Shown: positions 50,330-62,512, counted from the stretch's first letter. The stretch: 64,000 nucleotides of DNA from Alphaproteobacteria bacterium (GCA_016869675.1 VGDP01000013.1:1558-65557); one strand, 5' to 3'. Program-made: numbers and translations. Notes: generated from the letters alone by a model not told the origin.

Positions 50330-52417
50330 GTGACTGAGACGAACGACCGCGCGCAACGCCGCGCCAACCTCCGGCGAGGCCTGGCGGCACGCTCGATCGC
50401 CTTCATCGGCGGCAGCGGCGTCGAGCACGCGATCCAGTATTGCCACGAACTGGGCTACACCGGGCGCCTCCATGCGGTGAACCCCAAGCGATCGTCGATC
50501 GCCGGCGTGTCCTGCGTCCCCTCAGTGTTCGATCTGCCCGAGCCGCCCGAGTGCAGCTTCATCGCCGTCACGCCCGAAATCGCCATCGACGCGGTGGCCG
50601 ACCTGGCGGCGATCGGCGCGCCCTCGGCCGTGATGTACACCGCTGGCTTCGCTGAGGTGGGCGATCAGGATCTGCAGCGCCGGTTGCGCGAGGCGGCCGG
50701 GCCGTCGCTCGCCTTGGTCGGCCCCAACTGCATCGGTACGGTCAACTACTTCGACGCCGTGCCCGTGGCCATCGGCAACCACGGTGTCGAGCGCCCCGCC
50801 AAGGGCGTCGCCGTGATCGCCCAGAGCGGCACCATCACCATCAACTTGGTCGGCTCCGATCGTTCGCTGCCGATCGGCTACCTGTTGAGCATCGGCAACC
50901 AAGCGGTGCTCGGCATGGCCGACTACGTGGACGTGGTGCTCGACGATCCGCGCGTGACCGGGCTCGTGCTCTACGTCGAGGGGCTCAACGATGCCCAGGC
51001 CTTCGCCGAGGCCGCCGCCAAGGCGCACGCGCGCGGCGTGCCGATCATCGTGCTGAAGGCGGGCGTGTCCGAGATGGGGCGCAAGATCGCGCTGTCGCAC
51101 ACGGGCTCGATGACCGGCGCCTCGGAGCTCTATGACGCGTTCTTCGAGCGCCTCGGCGTCGTGCGCGCCGAGTCGTTCACGGAGTTGCTCGAGGTCGCGA
51201 AGCTCCTGACCATGGGCCCCATGCCCAAGGGCAACCGGCTGTCGATCGAGACCTGCTCGGGCACGGATGCAGGCTACTGCGCCGACCTCGCGGAACGGTA
51301 CGGCGTCGCCCTGCCCCAGCCCTCGCCCGCCGTCCAGGACGCGCTGCGCAAGGTCATCCCGCCCATCGCCACGCCGGCCAACCCGCTGGACGTGACCATG
51401 ATGCAGTGGAACGATCGCGCCGGCCAGGCGACCTCGCTCATCACGTTGCTCCAGGAGCCGACCGACGCCGCGGCCCTGATCATCAACTACCCGACCAATT
51501 CGGAAGGCTCGACCTACGACCCGGCGATCGAGGCGATGATCCACGTGCGGGCGGCGACCGACCTGCCCTGCTATGTCATCACCAACCTGCCCGAAGGCGC
51601 GCCACGCCGGGTGCGAGACACCATGGCGAAGCATGGCGTCGTGACACTCCAGGGATTCGAGGACGCCTTCGCCGCGTTCGGGCGCGCGGCACGCTTCGCG
51701 GCGCGCCGCAGCGCGCTCGACGCCCAGGGCGGTGTCGAAAGTCGCCTGGTGCTGGCGCCGAACGGCGGCGGCGAAGCCAAGGGCGCCGACGAATGGGCCA
51801 GCAAGGCCTGGCTACGGACGGCCGGCGTGGCGTTGCCCGAAGGGCGCCGCGTCACCGACGCAGAGGACGCGGCGCGGACCGCCGAGGCACTCGGTTACCC
51901 GGTCGTGCTCAAGGGTTGCGGCGCGCGCCTCCTGCACAAGACCGAGGCCGGCGCGGTCGCGCTCAACCTCGGCGATTCCGGCGCGGTTCGCGCCGCCGCC
52001 GCCGCCATGGCCGCCGTGCCGGGCCTCGAAGGCTTCATCGTCGAACGCATGGTCAAGGGCGCGGTCGCCGAGCTGATCGTCGGCGCGCGGCGCGATCCGC
52101 TGTTCGGCATGACGATCACCCTCGGCGCCGGCGGCGTCCTGACCGAGCTCCTGCGCGATGTGCAGACCCTGATCCTGCCGCTGCGCGAAGCCGACGTGCG
52201 CGAGGCCCTGCACCGCTTGCGATCCTGGCCGCTGCTCGACGGCTTCCGCGGCCGGCCCAAGGGGGACGTGGACGCGGTCGTCGCGGCGGTCATGGCCATC
52301 GCCAAGGCGCTCGAACGCGATGCCCGACGGATCGCCGAACTGGACGTGAACCCGCTGATGGTTCTGCCGCACGGTCAGGGCGTCGTGGCGGTCGACGCCC
52401 TGCTGGTGTCCGCATGA
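50330..52417 (+). CDS. Acyl-CoA synthetase (NDP-forming; acetate--CoA ligase family)
   Basis: GPNCIG, QSG, SHTG, NPLD, HKTE, DVNP. GTG start is approximate. Confidence 0.88.
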   Translation: MTETNDRAQRRANLRRGLAARSIAFIGGSGVEHAIQYCHELGYTGRLHAVNPKRSSIAGVSCVPSVFDLPEPPECSFIAVTPEIAIDAVADLAAIGAPSAVMYTAGFAEVGDQDLQRRLREAAGPSLALVGPNCIGTVNYFDAVPVAIGNHGVERPAKGVAVIAQSGTITINLVGSDRSLPIGYLLSIGNQAVLGMADYVDVVLDDPRVTGLVLYVEGLNDAQAFAEAAAKAHARGVPIIVLKAGVSEMGRKIALSHTGSMTGASELYDAFFERLGVVRAESFTELLEVAKLLTMGPMPKGNRLSIETCSGTDAGYCADLAERYGVALPQPSPAVQDALRKVIPPIATPANPLDVTMMQWNDRAGQATSLITLLQEPTDAAALIINYPTNSEGSTYDPAIEAMIHVRAATDLPCYVITNLPEGAPRRVRDTMAKHGVVTLQGFEDAFAAFGRAARFAARRSALDAQGGVESRLVLAPNGGGEAKGADEWASKAWLRTAGVALPEGRRVTDAEDAARTAEALGYPVVLKGCGARLLHKTEAGAVALNLGDSGAVRAAAAAMAAVPGLEGFIVERMVKGAVAELIVGARRDPLFGMTITLGAGGVLTELLRDVQTLILPLREADVREALHRLRSWPLLDGFRGRPKGDVDAVVAAVMAIAKALERDARRIAELDVNPLMVLPHGQGVVAVDALLVSA

Positions 52418-53214
52418 CCGACACGACCGTCTTCGCGGCCGGCATCCTGGCGGGGCGCCACGCCCTGGTCACGGGCGGCGGCACCGGTATCGGATTTGCC
52501 ATCGCGCGCGAGCTGGGGGCCCTGGGCGCGCGTGTCACCATCGCCGCACGGACGGCGGAGCGTCTGCCGACGGCGGCCGCCGAGCTTCACGGCACCGGCA
52601 TCGATGCCGCCTGGCGGCCGGTCAACATCCGCAAGGAGGCCGACGTCGAGGCGCTCTACGACTGGGTCGAGGCCGAGCGTGGCCTGCCCGACATCCTGGT
52701 CAACAACGCTGGAGGCCAGTTCGGGGCCAAGGCGATCGACATTTCGCCGAATGGATTCCGCGCCGTCGTCGACCTCAACGTTCAGGGCACCTGGCACATG
52801 TGCCACGCCCAGGCGCGCCGCCTGTTCGCCGCCGGTCACCAGGGCCGCATCGTCAACGTCGTGTTCTGCGATACCGACGGCATGCCGTACTTCGCCCATG
52901 CGGCGGCGGCACGTGCGGCCGTGGTCAACCTGACCAAGACGCTGGCCATGGAATGGGGGCGCCAGGGGATCCTGGTCAACGCGGTCGGCCCCGGGCCGAT
53001 CGAGACGCCGGCGATCGCCCAGTACACCGGAGCCATGACGAGCGGCCTGCGCCTCGGGAAGCTCCCGATACCGCGCATGGGCACGCCGTGTGAGTGCGCC
53101 CTGGCCGTGGCGTTCCTGTGCTCGGCCGCCGGCGACTACATCACCGGCGCGTTTATCCCGGTCGACGGCGGCTCGGCGCTCGTCGGTCGCGACTTACCTG
53201 GAGACGCTTCATGA
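52414..53214 (+). CDS. SDR oxidoreductase (trans-2-enoyl/dienoyl-CoA reductase or AtuB-like)
   Basis: TGGGTGIG, NNAGGQF, HAAAARAAV, EWG. Confidence 0.85.
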   Translation: MTDTTVFAAGILAGRHALVTGGGTGIGFAIARELGALGARVTIAARTAERLPTAAAELHGTGIDAAWRPVNIRKEADVEALYDWVEAERGLPDILVNNAGGQFGAKAIDISPNGFRAVVDLNVQGTWHMCHAQARRLFAAGHQGRIVNVVFCDTDGMPYFAHAAAARAAVVNLTKTLAMEWGRQGILVNAVGPGPIETPAIAQYTGAMTSGLRLGKLPIPRMGTPCECALAVAFLCSAAGDYITGAFIPVDGGSALVGRDLPGDAS

Positions 53215-55325
53215 GCGAGGCCCTTGCCACCGTCGAGGCGCGCGCGGCGCATCTGGTGCCGCTGCTGGCGCCACGGTCCATCGCTCTCGTCGGGGCATCG
53301 CCTAAGCAAGGCTCGTTCGGCAACGGTATGGTGCGGGCGCTCCGCGAGTGCGGCTTCCCCGGCGCGGTCTACCCGGTCAACCCCAACTACGAGGCGATCG
53401 AGGACTATCGCTGCTACCCTTCCGTGTCGGCCCTGCCCGAGCGGGTCGACCACGTGGTGCTGGGTGTGGCGAACCGGCTGCTCGAGGCGGCGCTGGATGA
53501 TGCGCTGGCGGCGCAGGCGCGGTCGGCCACCATCTTCGCGAGCGGCCACCTGGACGGCGACGGCGAACCCAAGCTGCTCGATCGCCTGCGCGCCAAGGTC
53601 CGTGCCGCCGGCATCCCGCTTTGCGGTGGCAACTGCAGCGGTTACGCCAACACCACGGCGGACACCTACATCGCGCTGGGCACGCGCGGGCCCATGCCCA
53701 AGGGTGACGCGACGCTGATCACGCAGTCGGGCTCCGTTCAACTCGCCATGCGGCTCAACAACGGCCGCGTGGCGTGGAACCTGCTCATCGGTTCAGGTCA
53801 GGAGATCGCCACAAGCGCCGCCGACTACATGGCCTTTGCGTTGACCCGGCCGGAGACTCGAGCGATCGGCCTGTTCCTCGAGACGGTGCGCGACGGCCCG
53901 GCGTTCCTGGCGGCGCTCGAGGTCGCGGCCGAGCGCGGCATCCCCATCGTCGCCGTCAAGGTGGGGCGAAGCGAGGCGGCGGCGCGCCTCGCCGTCAGCC
54001 ATTCGGGCGCCATCGCGGGCAACGATGCGGCCTACGAGGCGGCGTTCGACCGTTACGGCGTGCACCGGGTCGATGACCTGGACGAAATGACGGCGGTGCT
54101 TCAGATGGTCCGCTCGCCCCGGCGCGCGGCGCGGGGCGCCCTGGTGGCCTTGCACGATTCAGGCGGCGAGCGCGAACTTCTACTCGACCATGCGGATCGG
54201 CTGCGCGTGCCGGTGACCGCGATCTCGGCGGCGACCACGGCCCGGCTGCGTGCCTGCCTGGAACCCGGCCTGGAGCCCGTGAACCCGTTGGACGCCTGGG
54301 GCACCGGCAACGACTACCAGGCGATCTTCGGCGCGGGCTTCGCGGCGCTCATGGACGACGAGAACGCCGCGGTCGGCTTGTGGGTCGCCGATGTGCTCGA
54401 CGGCTTCGGCATTCACGAGGGCTACATGGACCCGCTGCTGCGGGTCGCCGCGACCACCACCAAGCCGGTCGCCGTAGCGACGTGCTTCAGCAAGGGCGCC
54501 AACACCGGTCTGGCCGAGCGGCTGATGCGTCACGACGTACCCCTGCTGGAGGGCATTCGGCCGGCTCTGCTCGCCGCACGTGCCATGCTGGACTTGCGCG
54601 ACGCGGCTGCCCGCCCACGGCCGCGTCGCGGCCCGGCGCCCGCGCCCGCCGTGGTGGACCGATGGCGCGTCCGGCTGGCTGGCGGTGCCACGCTGGACGA
54701 GGTCGAAGGGCTGGCGCTGCTGGCGGACTTCGGTGCCCCCGTCGTGCCGCACCGCGTCGTCGAGACCGTCGTGGCGGCCGAGGCGGCCGCCCGCGACCTT
54801 GGCTTCCCGGTCGTGCTCAAGACCGCCATGCCGGGCATCGCGCACAAGACCGAGGCCGGCGGGGTGCGGCTGAACCTGGCCGACAGCGCGGCGGTCGCGC
54901 GCTCCTACGAGGACGTGGCCGGCCGGTTGGGACCGCGCGTCATGGTGGCGCCGATGGTCCGGGGTGGCGTGGAACTGGCGCTGGCCATGGTGCACGACCC
55001 GACCTTCGGTCCGATCGTCGGCGTGGGCGCCGGCGGCACCCTGGTCGAGTTGATGTCCGACGTGCGCTGGGGCCTGACGCCGCTGGACGACGCCTGGGCG
55101 CGCCGCCTGATCGACCGCCTGGCGTGCCGCCGCCTGCTCGACGGCTACCGGGGCCAGCCCGCCGCCGACCTCGACTCCCTGGCGGCGGCCGTGGCACGGT
55201 TCGCCGTGATCGCCGAGGTCCTGGGACCCTGGCTGGCCGAGATGGACGTCAATCCCGTGATCGCTGGCCCCGAAGGCGCGGTCGCGATCGATGCCCTGGT
55301 CGTGCCACGACGCAACCCCGCCTGA
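53211..55325 (+). CDS. Acyl-CoA synthetase (NDP-forming), second paralog
   Basis: PRSIALVGAS, GGNCSG, SHSG, NPLD, HKTEAGG, DVNP. Confidence 0.88.
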   Translation: MSEALATVEARAAHLVPLLAPRSIALVGASPKQGSFGNGMVRALRECGFPGAVYPVNPNYEAIEDYRCYPSVSALPERVDHVVLGVANRLLEAALDDALAAQARSATIFASGHLDGDGEPKLLDRLRAKVRAAGIPLCGGNCSGYANTTADTYIALGTRGPMPKGDATLITQSGSVQLAMRLNNGRVAWNLLIGSGQEIATSAADYMAFALTRPETRAIGLFLETVRDGPAFLAALEVAAERGIPIVAVKVGRSEAAARLAVSHSGAIAGNDAAYEAAFDRYGVHRVDDLDEMTAVLQMVRSPRRAARGALVALHDSGGERELLLDHADRLRVPVTAISAATTARLRACLEPGLEPVNPLDAWGTGNDYQAIFGAGFAALMDDENAAVGLWVADVLDGFGIHEGYMDPLLRVAATTTKPVAVATCFSKGANTGLAERLMRHDVPLLEGIRPALLAARAMLDLRDAAARPRPRRGPAPAPAVVDRWRVRLAGGATLDEVEGLALLADFGAPVVPHRVVETVVAAEAAARDLGFPVVLKTAMPGIAHKTEAGGVRLNLADSAAVARSYEDVAGRLGPRVMVAPMVRGGVELALAMVHDPTFGPIVGVGAGGTLVELMSDVRWGLTPLDDAWARRLIDRLACRRLLDGYRGQPAADLDSLAAAVARFAVIAEVLGPWLAEMDVNPVIAGPEGAVAIDALVVPRRNPA

Positions 55326-55344
55326 CCCTGCCCGAGGAGACGCC

Positions 55345-56157
55345 ATGCCTGCGCACATCCTGGTCACCAAGAAGGACCGCATCGCCCACATCCAGATCAA
55401 TCGGCCGAAGCAGATGAACTCGATCAACCCCGAGGTCATGGCCGAGCTGTCGGCGGCGTTGAAGGAGGCCGACGAAGCGAAGGACGTCAGCGTCATGGTG
55501 CTGTCGGGCATCGGCGCCAACTTCGGCGCGGGCTACGACCTGAAGTTCCCGTGGGGCGAGCACTATGGCGGGCGCGGGCCCATGTCGATGCGCGACATGC
55601 TGCGCGCCTGCGTCGATTTCGAGCTGACACCGTGGAGCTGCAGGAAGCCGGTCATCGCCATGGTGCGCGGCTACTGCCTGGCGGGAAGCTGTGAACTGGC
55701 GATGATGTGCTGCGTGACCTTCGCCTCGAAGCAATCAACCTTCGGCGAGCCGGAGATCCGCTTCTCGACCGCGCCGCCGGCGGTGGTCATGCCCTGGATC
55801 GTCGGGCTGAAGAAGGCGCGCGAGCTGCTCTACACCGGCGACCTGATCGACGCCGAGGAAGCCTTGCGCGTCGGCATGGTCAACCGGCTGTTCCCTGACG
55901 ACAAGCTGGAGGAGGAGACCTTCCGCTACGCCCGGCGCGCCGCGGCGATCGCCGTGGAAGGCCTGATCACCACCAAGGCGTCGATCAACCGCGGCGCCGA
56001 GATCGCCGGGCTGCGCCAGGCGCTCGACTATGGCGTCGAGACCGGCGCGATCCTCGATGCGGAGGAGACCGAGACCTACAAGACGTTCAAGGCGATCGCC
56101 GCCAAGGACGGCCTGACCGCCGCGATCCGCTGGCGCGAAAGCCAGTTCAAGGACTGA
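55345..56157 (+). CDS. Enoyl-CoA hydratase/isomerase family
   Basis: NRP..MNS, AGYDL, KPVIA, GSCE, GEPE. Confidence 0.9.
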   Translation: MPAHILVTKKDRIAHIQINRPKQMNSINPEVMAELSAALKEADEAKDVSVMVLSGIGANFGAGYDLKFPWGEHYGGRGPMSMRDMLRACVDFELTPWSCRKPVIAMVRGYCLAGSCELAMMCCVTFASKQSTFGEPEIRFSTAPPAVVMPWIVGLKKARELLYTGDLIDAEEALRVGMVNRLFPDDKLEEETFRYARRAAAIAVEGLITTKASINRGAEIAGLRQALDYGVETGAILDAEETETYKTFKAIAAKDGLTAAIRWRESQFKD

Positions 56158-56167
56158 GGAGGACCCG

Positions 56168-57304
56168 TTGCGCATCACCAACATCGAGGTCATCGAGCTG
56201 CGCGTGCCCGGCTGGGACGGCTCGGGCTACGACGGCAGCTGGGACGACTGTGTCATCCGCGTCCACACGGATGCCGGCATCACCGGCATCGCCGAGGTGG
56301 ACAGCGAGCCGGTCGTGGTGCGGGCGATCGTCGAGGCGCCGGTCGCCCACACCAAGTCGCGCGGCCTGCGTTCGGTCCTGCTGGGCGCGGACGCGCGCGA
56401 CATCGAGGCCCTGTGGGATCGCATGTACGACGCGACCTACCACTTCGGCCGGCGAGGCGCGGCGATTCACGCCATCAGCGGCATCGACATCGCGCTGTGG
56501 GACATCAAGGGCAAGGCTGAAGGCAAGCCGGTGGCCGCGCTGCTGGGCGGCCGCAAGCGCGACCGGGTCAAGGCCTACGGCACGGTCTACCCGCTGGGGC
56601 GAACGCCCGACGAGGTGCGCGCCAATCTCGACCGCGGGCTCGCCCTGGGGCTGAAGGCGATCAAGATCGTCGCCGACCCGTTCTGGGCCGACGACATCGC
56701 CGTCACCGAGCGCATCGTCCGCACCGCGCGTGACCACGTCGGCCCCGACGTGGACTTGATGGTCGACGCGGCGACCGCTTGGACCAGCGCCGAGCAGGGC
56801 CTGCCCCTGCTGCCGCTGTTCCGCGAATGCCGCATGGCGTGGCTCGAGGCACCCTTGCCGCTCGACGACGTGGCGGGGCACGCGCGTTTCGCCGGGCACG
56901 GCGTGCCGGTGGGCGGCGGCGACATGGGCCTGACGACCCGCTTCGAGTTCCTCGACATGCTGGACCGGGGCCGCTGCGACATCGCCCAGCCCGACATCAC
57001 CATGGTCGGCGGCTACACCGAGATGCGCCGGCTGGCCGCCGAGGTGGCGACGCGCGGCAAGCGCATCGTCACCCACGGCTACAAGACCAACCTTCTGGTC
57101 GCCATCAACCTGAACTTCCTGGCCGCCCAGGCGGCCGACGAGCCGTGCGAATATTCGACCAGCGTCTCGCCGTTGCGCTGGGAACTGACCAACGAGCGAT
57201 TCCCCATCAGCGCCGACGGCCGCATCGCGGTGCCCGACGCGCCGGGCGTCGGCGTCACCCTCAGCGAGGACGCCTTGGTCAGGTTCGCCCGCCGCCGTGT
57301 CTGA
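56168..57304 (+). CDS. Mandelate racemase/muconate lactonizing enzyme family
   Basis: SGIDIALWDIKGK, KAIK, MVDA, WLEAP, QPD, TH. Confidence 0.9.
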   Translation: MRITNIEVIELRVPGWDGSGYDGSWDDCVIRVHTDAGITGIAEVDSEPVVVRAIVEAPVAHTKSRGLRSVLLGADARDIEALWDRMYDATYHFGRRGAAIHAISGIDIALWDIKGKAEGKPVAALLGGRKRDRVKAYGTVYPLGRTPDEVRANLDRGLALGLKAIKIVADPFWADDIAVTERIVRTARDHVGPDVDLMVDAATAWTSAEQGLPLLPLFRECRMAWLEAPLPLDDVAGHARFAGHGVPVGGGDMGLTTRFEFLDMLDRGRCDIAQPDITMVGGYTEMRRLAAEVATRGKRIVTHGYKTNLLVAINLNFLAAQAADEPCEYSTSVSPLRWELTNERFPISADGRIAVPDAPGVGVTLSEDALVRFARRRV

Positions 57305-57311
57305 GGAGCCC

Positions 57312-58514
<1,203 letters not shown>

Positions 58515-58518
58515 CCCA

Positions 58519-59703
58519 CTACCAGCGCCGCTTGCGCGCGTGGGTCAAGAGTTCGTGGCCGGTCTCGGTCACCACGACGGTCTGCTCGAAGTCGCCGACA
58601 TAGCCGTGCTTCTCGACCGAGCGTTCGACGCACAGCACCATGTTGGGCTCGAGCACCGTGGGGTCGCCCGGCACCAGCCAGGGCAGGTCCCAGCCCATGC
58701 CGACGCCGTGGCCCATGCCGTTGAAGTCGCTCTGGGTCGAGAAGCCGCGCGCGCGCAGCGCGTCGTAGCCCGCGTCGGCGACCTCGCCGGCGGTCGCGCC
58801 GGCGCGGATGCGCGCCATTGAGCCCTCGACCGCCGCGATCGCCGCCTCGAACGCCTCGATCTGCGGCGCCGTCGGGTTGCCGATGGGCTTGGAACGCGAG
58901 TGGTCGAAGTAGTAGCCGCGCCACACGCCCGAAGCGCCGATGTGGAACCAGTCGCCGTCCTCGATGCGCGCGGTCGAGCTCCACGTCGGGAAGTCGGCGT
59001 AGTGCATGCGCGGGTCGTTGCCGCCGCGCCCGGAGCCGATGAAGTTGTTGTAGAGCATGGCGCCGTGGGCAGCGAGGCAGCGCAGGCCCTCGCCCATCAC
59101 CTTGCCATGGGTCGCGCCGGCCACGGCCTTGTCCATCATGGCGTCGATCGCCTCGCCGCCAATCTCGGAGACCCGGCGCAGGACGGCGATCTCGGCCGGC
59201 GACTTGATCATGCGCAGCCGGTCGAGCAGCGCGTCCGCCGGCTCGAACACGGCCTCGGGCAGCGCCGCCTGAACCGCGCGGAAGCTAGTCCAGGGCAGCG
59301 CGTCGGCGCCGGCGACCGCGAGGCGAGCCCGCCCCAAGCCACGCTCGTTCACCGCCTGGGCCACGAGCCCGACCACATCGTCGCCGGTCAGCACATCGGC
59401 GATGCGCACCTCGTCCTTCTTGACCGGCATGTCGGTGATCAGCACCGGCGCGCCCTCGACCGGCAGGACGATGAACGCGTGCGCCCGCGCTGACCAATGG
59501 CCGGCCACGTCGGGAATGAACGGGAACGACGAGTAGAAGTTCGCCAGGTAGAGCACGTTGGCGTAGCGGTCCACCGTGCCGCCGCCGCGCGAACAGACCA
59601 GGATGCCGTCATAGCCGGCGGCACGGGCGGCGGCGGCGGCGCGCCGCTGGCGGTCGGCGAACTCGGCCGGCGGCACCTGGTACGCGTGGTCGTGATCGGT
59701 CAC
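58519..59703 (-). CDS. M24 family peptidase/hydrolase
   Basis: GTG start with GGAG RBS. RMIKSPAEI, GYYFDHSR, GHGVG, CVE, FEQTV. Confidence 0.85.
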   Translation of the reverse strand: MTDHDHAYQVPPAEFADRQRRAAAAARAAGYDGILVCSRGGGTVDRYANVLYLANFYSSFPFIPDVAGHWSARAHAFIVLPVEGAPVLITDMPVKKDEVRIADVLTGDDVVGLVAQAVNERGLGRARLAVAGADALPWTSFRAVQAALPEAVFEPADALLDRLRMIKSPAEIAVLRRVSEIGGEAIDAMMDKAVAGATHGKVMGEGLRCLAAHGAMLYNNFIGSGRGGNDPRMHYADFPTWSSTARIEDGDWFHIGASGVWRGYYFDHSRSKPIGNPTAPQIEAFEAAIAAVEGSMARIRAGATAGEVADAGYDALRARGFSTQSDFNGMGHGVGMGWDLPWLVPGDPTVLEPNMVLCVERSVEKHGYVGDFEQTVVVTETGHELLTHARKRRW

Positions 59704-59732
59704 GGCGTGGTCTCCTGGTTCGTGGTCGATGG

Positions 59733-60686
59733 TCAGCCCCTGCGGGTTCGCGCCGCGAGGCGCGGGCCGACCTGCATGATGATGACGGCGATCAGGACCA
59801 GCACGCCTCCGACCACCTGCAGGCCGCCGATCGTGCCGCCCCAGGCCAGCGAGAGCGCCACGGCGACGACCGGCACGAGGTTGCCGAACAGCGACGTCAC
59901 GGTGACACCCAGGCGGCTGACCGCGAAGTTCCACAGCACCGTGCCAAGCGCCACGGAGCCCGCGGCCGAGAAGAACACGAGCCCGAGCGAGGACGCGCCG
60001 GTGTCGTAGGCGACCGGCCCGTACCCCAGGACGAGCACCGCGCCGTAGCCGCCGGTCGAGGCGAAGGCACCGGTGATCATGGTGATCGTAGTCGCCCGGA
60101 GCTGCGAGAACCCCGGCAGCGCCTTCTGGATCATGATCATGTACCAGACCCAGGTCAGGGCGGCGGCGAGCACCATGAATTCGCCGCCCATGAACGAGCC
60201 GTCCCAGCCGCTGCCGCCCAGCGTGACGATCGTGACGCCGGCGAGCGCCAGGACGATCGCGAACCAGGCGAGCCAGCGCGGCCTTTGCCCGTAGAAGAAC
60301 CAGGCCATGAGCGCTGCAAGCACCGGCGTTCCGCCCGTGATCAGGGCTGCCGGCACCGCTCCGGCGAACTGTACGGCGTACGACGACAACAGGATGTTCG
60401 CCGCGACACCGACGACACCGATCAGCCAGACCGGACGCCACGGCACGTCGCGGATCAGGGACCGCGCGCCCTCGGTCATGACCAGCAGGACGCCCAGCGC
60501 CATGGCCGCCATGACGTTGCGCGCCCAGCTGAGCGTGACCGCGTCCCACGACGCAAGCAGGTACTCGATGATCGGGTAGTAGGAGCCCCAGATCGTCACC
60601 GACAGCAGCGCGGCGGGAATGGCGAGACGTGACGGTGGGCGGACCGTCTCGCCTCCCCTCTCCAGCACCGCCCCGACGTTCGCCAC
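59733..60686 (-). CDS. DMT/EamA family transporter
   Basis: IWGSYY, about 10 TM helices, NLVPVVAV. Start is approximate. Confidence 0.82.
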   Translation of the reverse strand: MANVGAVLERGGETVRPPSRLAIPAALLSVTIWGSYYPIIEYLLASWDAVTLSWARNVMAAMALGVLLVMTEGARSLIRDVPWRPVWLIGVVGVAANILLSSYAVQFAGAVPAALITGGTPVLAALMAWFFYGQRPRWLAWFAIVLALAGVTIVTLGGSGWDGSFMGGEFMVLAAALTWVWYMIMIQKALPGFSQLRATTITMITGAFASTGGYGAVLVLGYGPVAYDTGASSLGLVFFSAAGSVALGTVLWNFAVSRLGVTVTSLFGNLVPVVAVALSLAWGGTIGGLQVVGGVLVLIAVIIMQVGPRLAARTRRG

Positions 60687-60810
60687 GACCAGGCCCTCGG
60701 TCCCTGCCCCGTTGCCGTTGATTCTATGTCGCCGATGCGTGCGGGCGCCATGGTCCCGCGCGGCCGAGGGCATGTGCTAGGTTGCCGGCCGACCGACCAG
60801 GGGCGGACCC

Positions 60811-61252
60811 ATGAGCCTACGCATCGACACGGCCGCCTTGGCGCCTGGCGGAGAACAAGCCTTGGAGGCGCTCGAAGCCTACGTGGAATCGTGTGGCCTC
60901 GATCATGCCCTGCTCGAGTTGGTCAAGATGCGCGTCTCGCAGATATAACGGATGCGCGTTCTGCCTCGCGATGCACGGGCGGCTGGCCCGCCGCCACGGC
61001 GTCTCGACGGTGCAGCTCGACACCCTCGCCGCGTGGCACGAATCACCCGCGTTTGACGCACGCGCCAAGGTGGCGCTGCAGTGGGCCGAAGCGGTGACCA
61101 ACGTCGCCGGCGGCGTTCCCGATGCCGACTTCGCCGATCTGCGCCAGCACTTCGACGACCGCGCGATCGTCGACCTGACGTGGGCCATCGTCCTCATCAA
61201 CGGTTGGAACCGCGCCATGGTCGCCTTCCGCGTGCCACCCGAGGCGCGCTGA
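60811..61252 (+). pseudogene. Carboxymuconolactone decarboxylase/AhpD family, frameshifted
   Basis: LLELVKMRVSQI then a +1 insertion (TAA at 60946), resuming NGCAFC..H..INGWNR. Confidence 0.85.
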
Positions 61253-61255
61253 GGG

Positions 61256-62512
61256 TTACAGGCCGCGTGGCAGGCAGCGGGTCAGGCCGGCGAATCCGAA
61301 CATCAGGACGCCCGTTACGGCGAACACGATCCACAGGTCGAACACGCTGAGCAGGCCGGCGAACACGCCCATGGCCACCAGGCCCGCGATGTCGCCGTAG
61401 GTCGAGTAGACCATGGTCATCTCGGGCCGCTCGCGCTTGCGCACGGCACGGAAGAACGTGACGTTCGCCACCGAATCGCACGCCGTGATGGCCAGGGCCG
61501 CGAGGACGAGCAGGGCCGCGCCGGCGATCCACTGGTCGTAGACCGCTAGGACGCCGAGTGTCAGGGTTCCCACCGCGACGAAGCCGATCTCCATCACCGG
61601 GCGCACGCCGAAGCGCCGAGCGAACCAGCCGAAACCGAGCGCGCCCACCATCGTGACCATGCCGCCCGACACCACATAGGCGGCGGTTTCGTTGCTGGTG
61701 CCGGCGACGACCAGATAGACCGGCGCGTAGACCAAGAATAGATCCCACCAGAACTCGCGCCCGAAGCCCAACGCCCAGGCCAGGCGCAGCCGGGGCTGCA
61801 CGGCGAAACGGCGGACGAAGCGGAGCGGGTTGGGCGGCGGCACTTTCATGGGCGCTACGGTGGGCGCGTCGGTCAGGCGCAAGTACCAGAAGTAGGCCAG
61901 CTCGGCGATCGCCAGGGCGCTCGCCGTGCCGAACGCGGCCCACGGCGCCACCCGCTCGAACAGCAGTACCCCGATGGTCGGACCACCGGCCCAAGCCAGC
62001 GCGGAAAGGCCGAACTTCAACGGCTCGACCCGCGCCAGGTCCTGCTTGCGCACGTAGTCCATGATGTAAAGGTTGAGGTTGATGTTGACGCAGCCGCCGC
62101 CAAACCCGCGCAGCACCGAGCCGGCCACCAGCCCCGCCAGACTGCCGGTGCCGATCAGGATCGGCGCCACCATGACGAACAACGCGCCCGCCGACAGCAC
62201 CCGGCGGCGCCGGAATCGGCGGATCAGGAGCGGGATCAGGAACCGCGCCAGGAACGCACCCCAGCCGGTGACGAAGAACAGCACCGAGACGTCCCGCGCG
62301 TTGCCCAGCAGGCGCAGCGCCTCGAGCGGGATGATCGTCATGGTGGTCGCCTGCGAGAAGCTGTGCAGCGTGTAGAGCACGGCGAACGACAGGGCCCCGG
62401 GCCCGCTGACGCTAGGTTCGATGGGTTCGGCGCGACTGGCCACGCTTGGACTCCGGCTTGACGGGCGCGAGTCTAAGGCCAGGTTCGCCCTGGCGATAGC
62501 GATGCCGGCCAT
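61256..62512 (-). CDS. MFS transporter
   Basis: About 12 TM helices. Start uncertain. Confidence 0.8.
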   Translation of the reverse strand: MAGIAIARANLALDSRPSSRSPSVASRAEPIEPSVSGPGALSFAVLYTLHSFSQATTMTIIPLEALRLLGNARDVSVLFFVTGWGAFLARFLIPLLIRRFRRRRVLSAGALFVMVAPILIGTGSLAGLVAGSVLRGFGGGCVNINLNLYIMDYVRKQDLARVEPLKFGLSALAWAGGPTIGVLLFERVAPWAAFGTASALAIAELAYFWYLRLTDAPTVAPMKVPPPNPLRFVRRFAVQPRLRLAWALGFGREFWWDLFLVYAPVYLVVAGTSNETAAYVVSGGMVTMVGALGFGWFARRFGVRPVMEIGFVAVGTLTLGVLAVYDQWIAGAALLVLAALAITACDSVANVTFFRAVRKRERPEMTMVYSTYGDIAGLVAMGVFAGLLSVFDLWIVFAVTGVLMFGFAGLTRCLPRGL

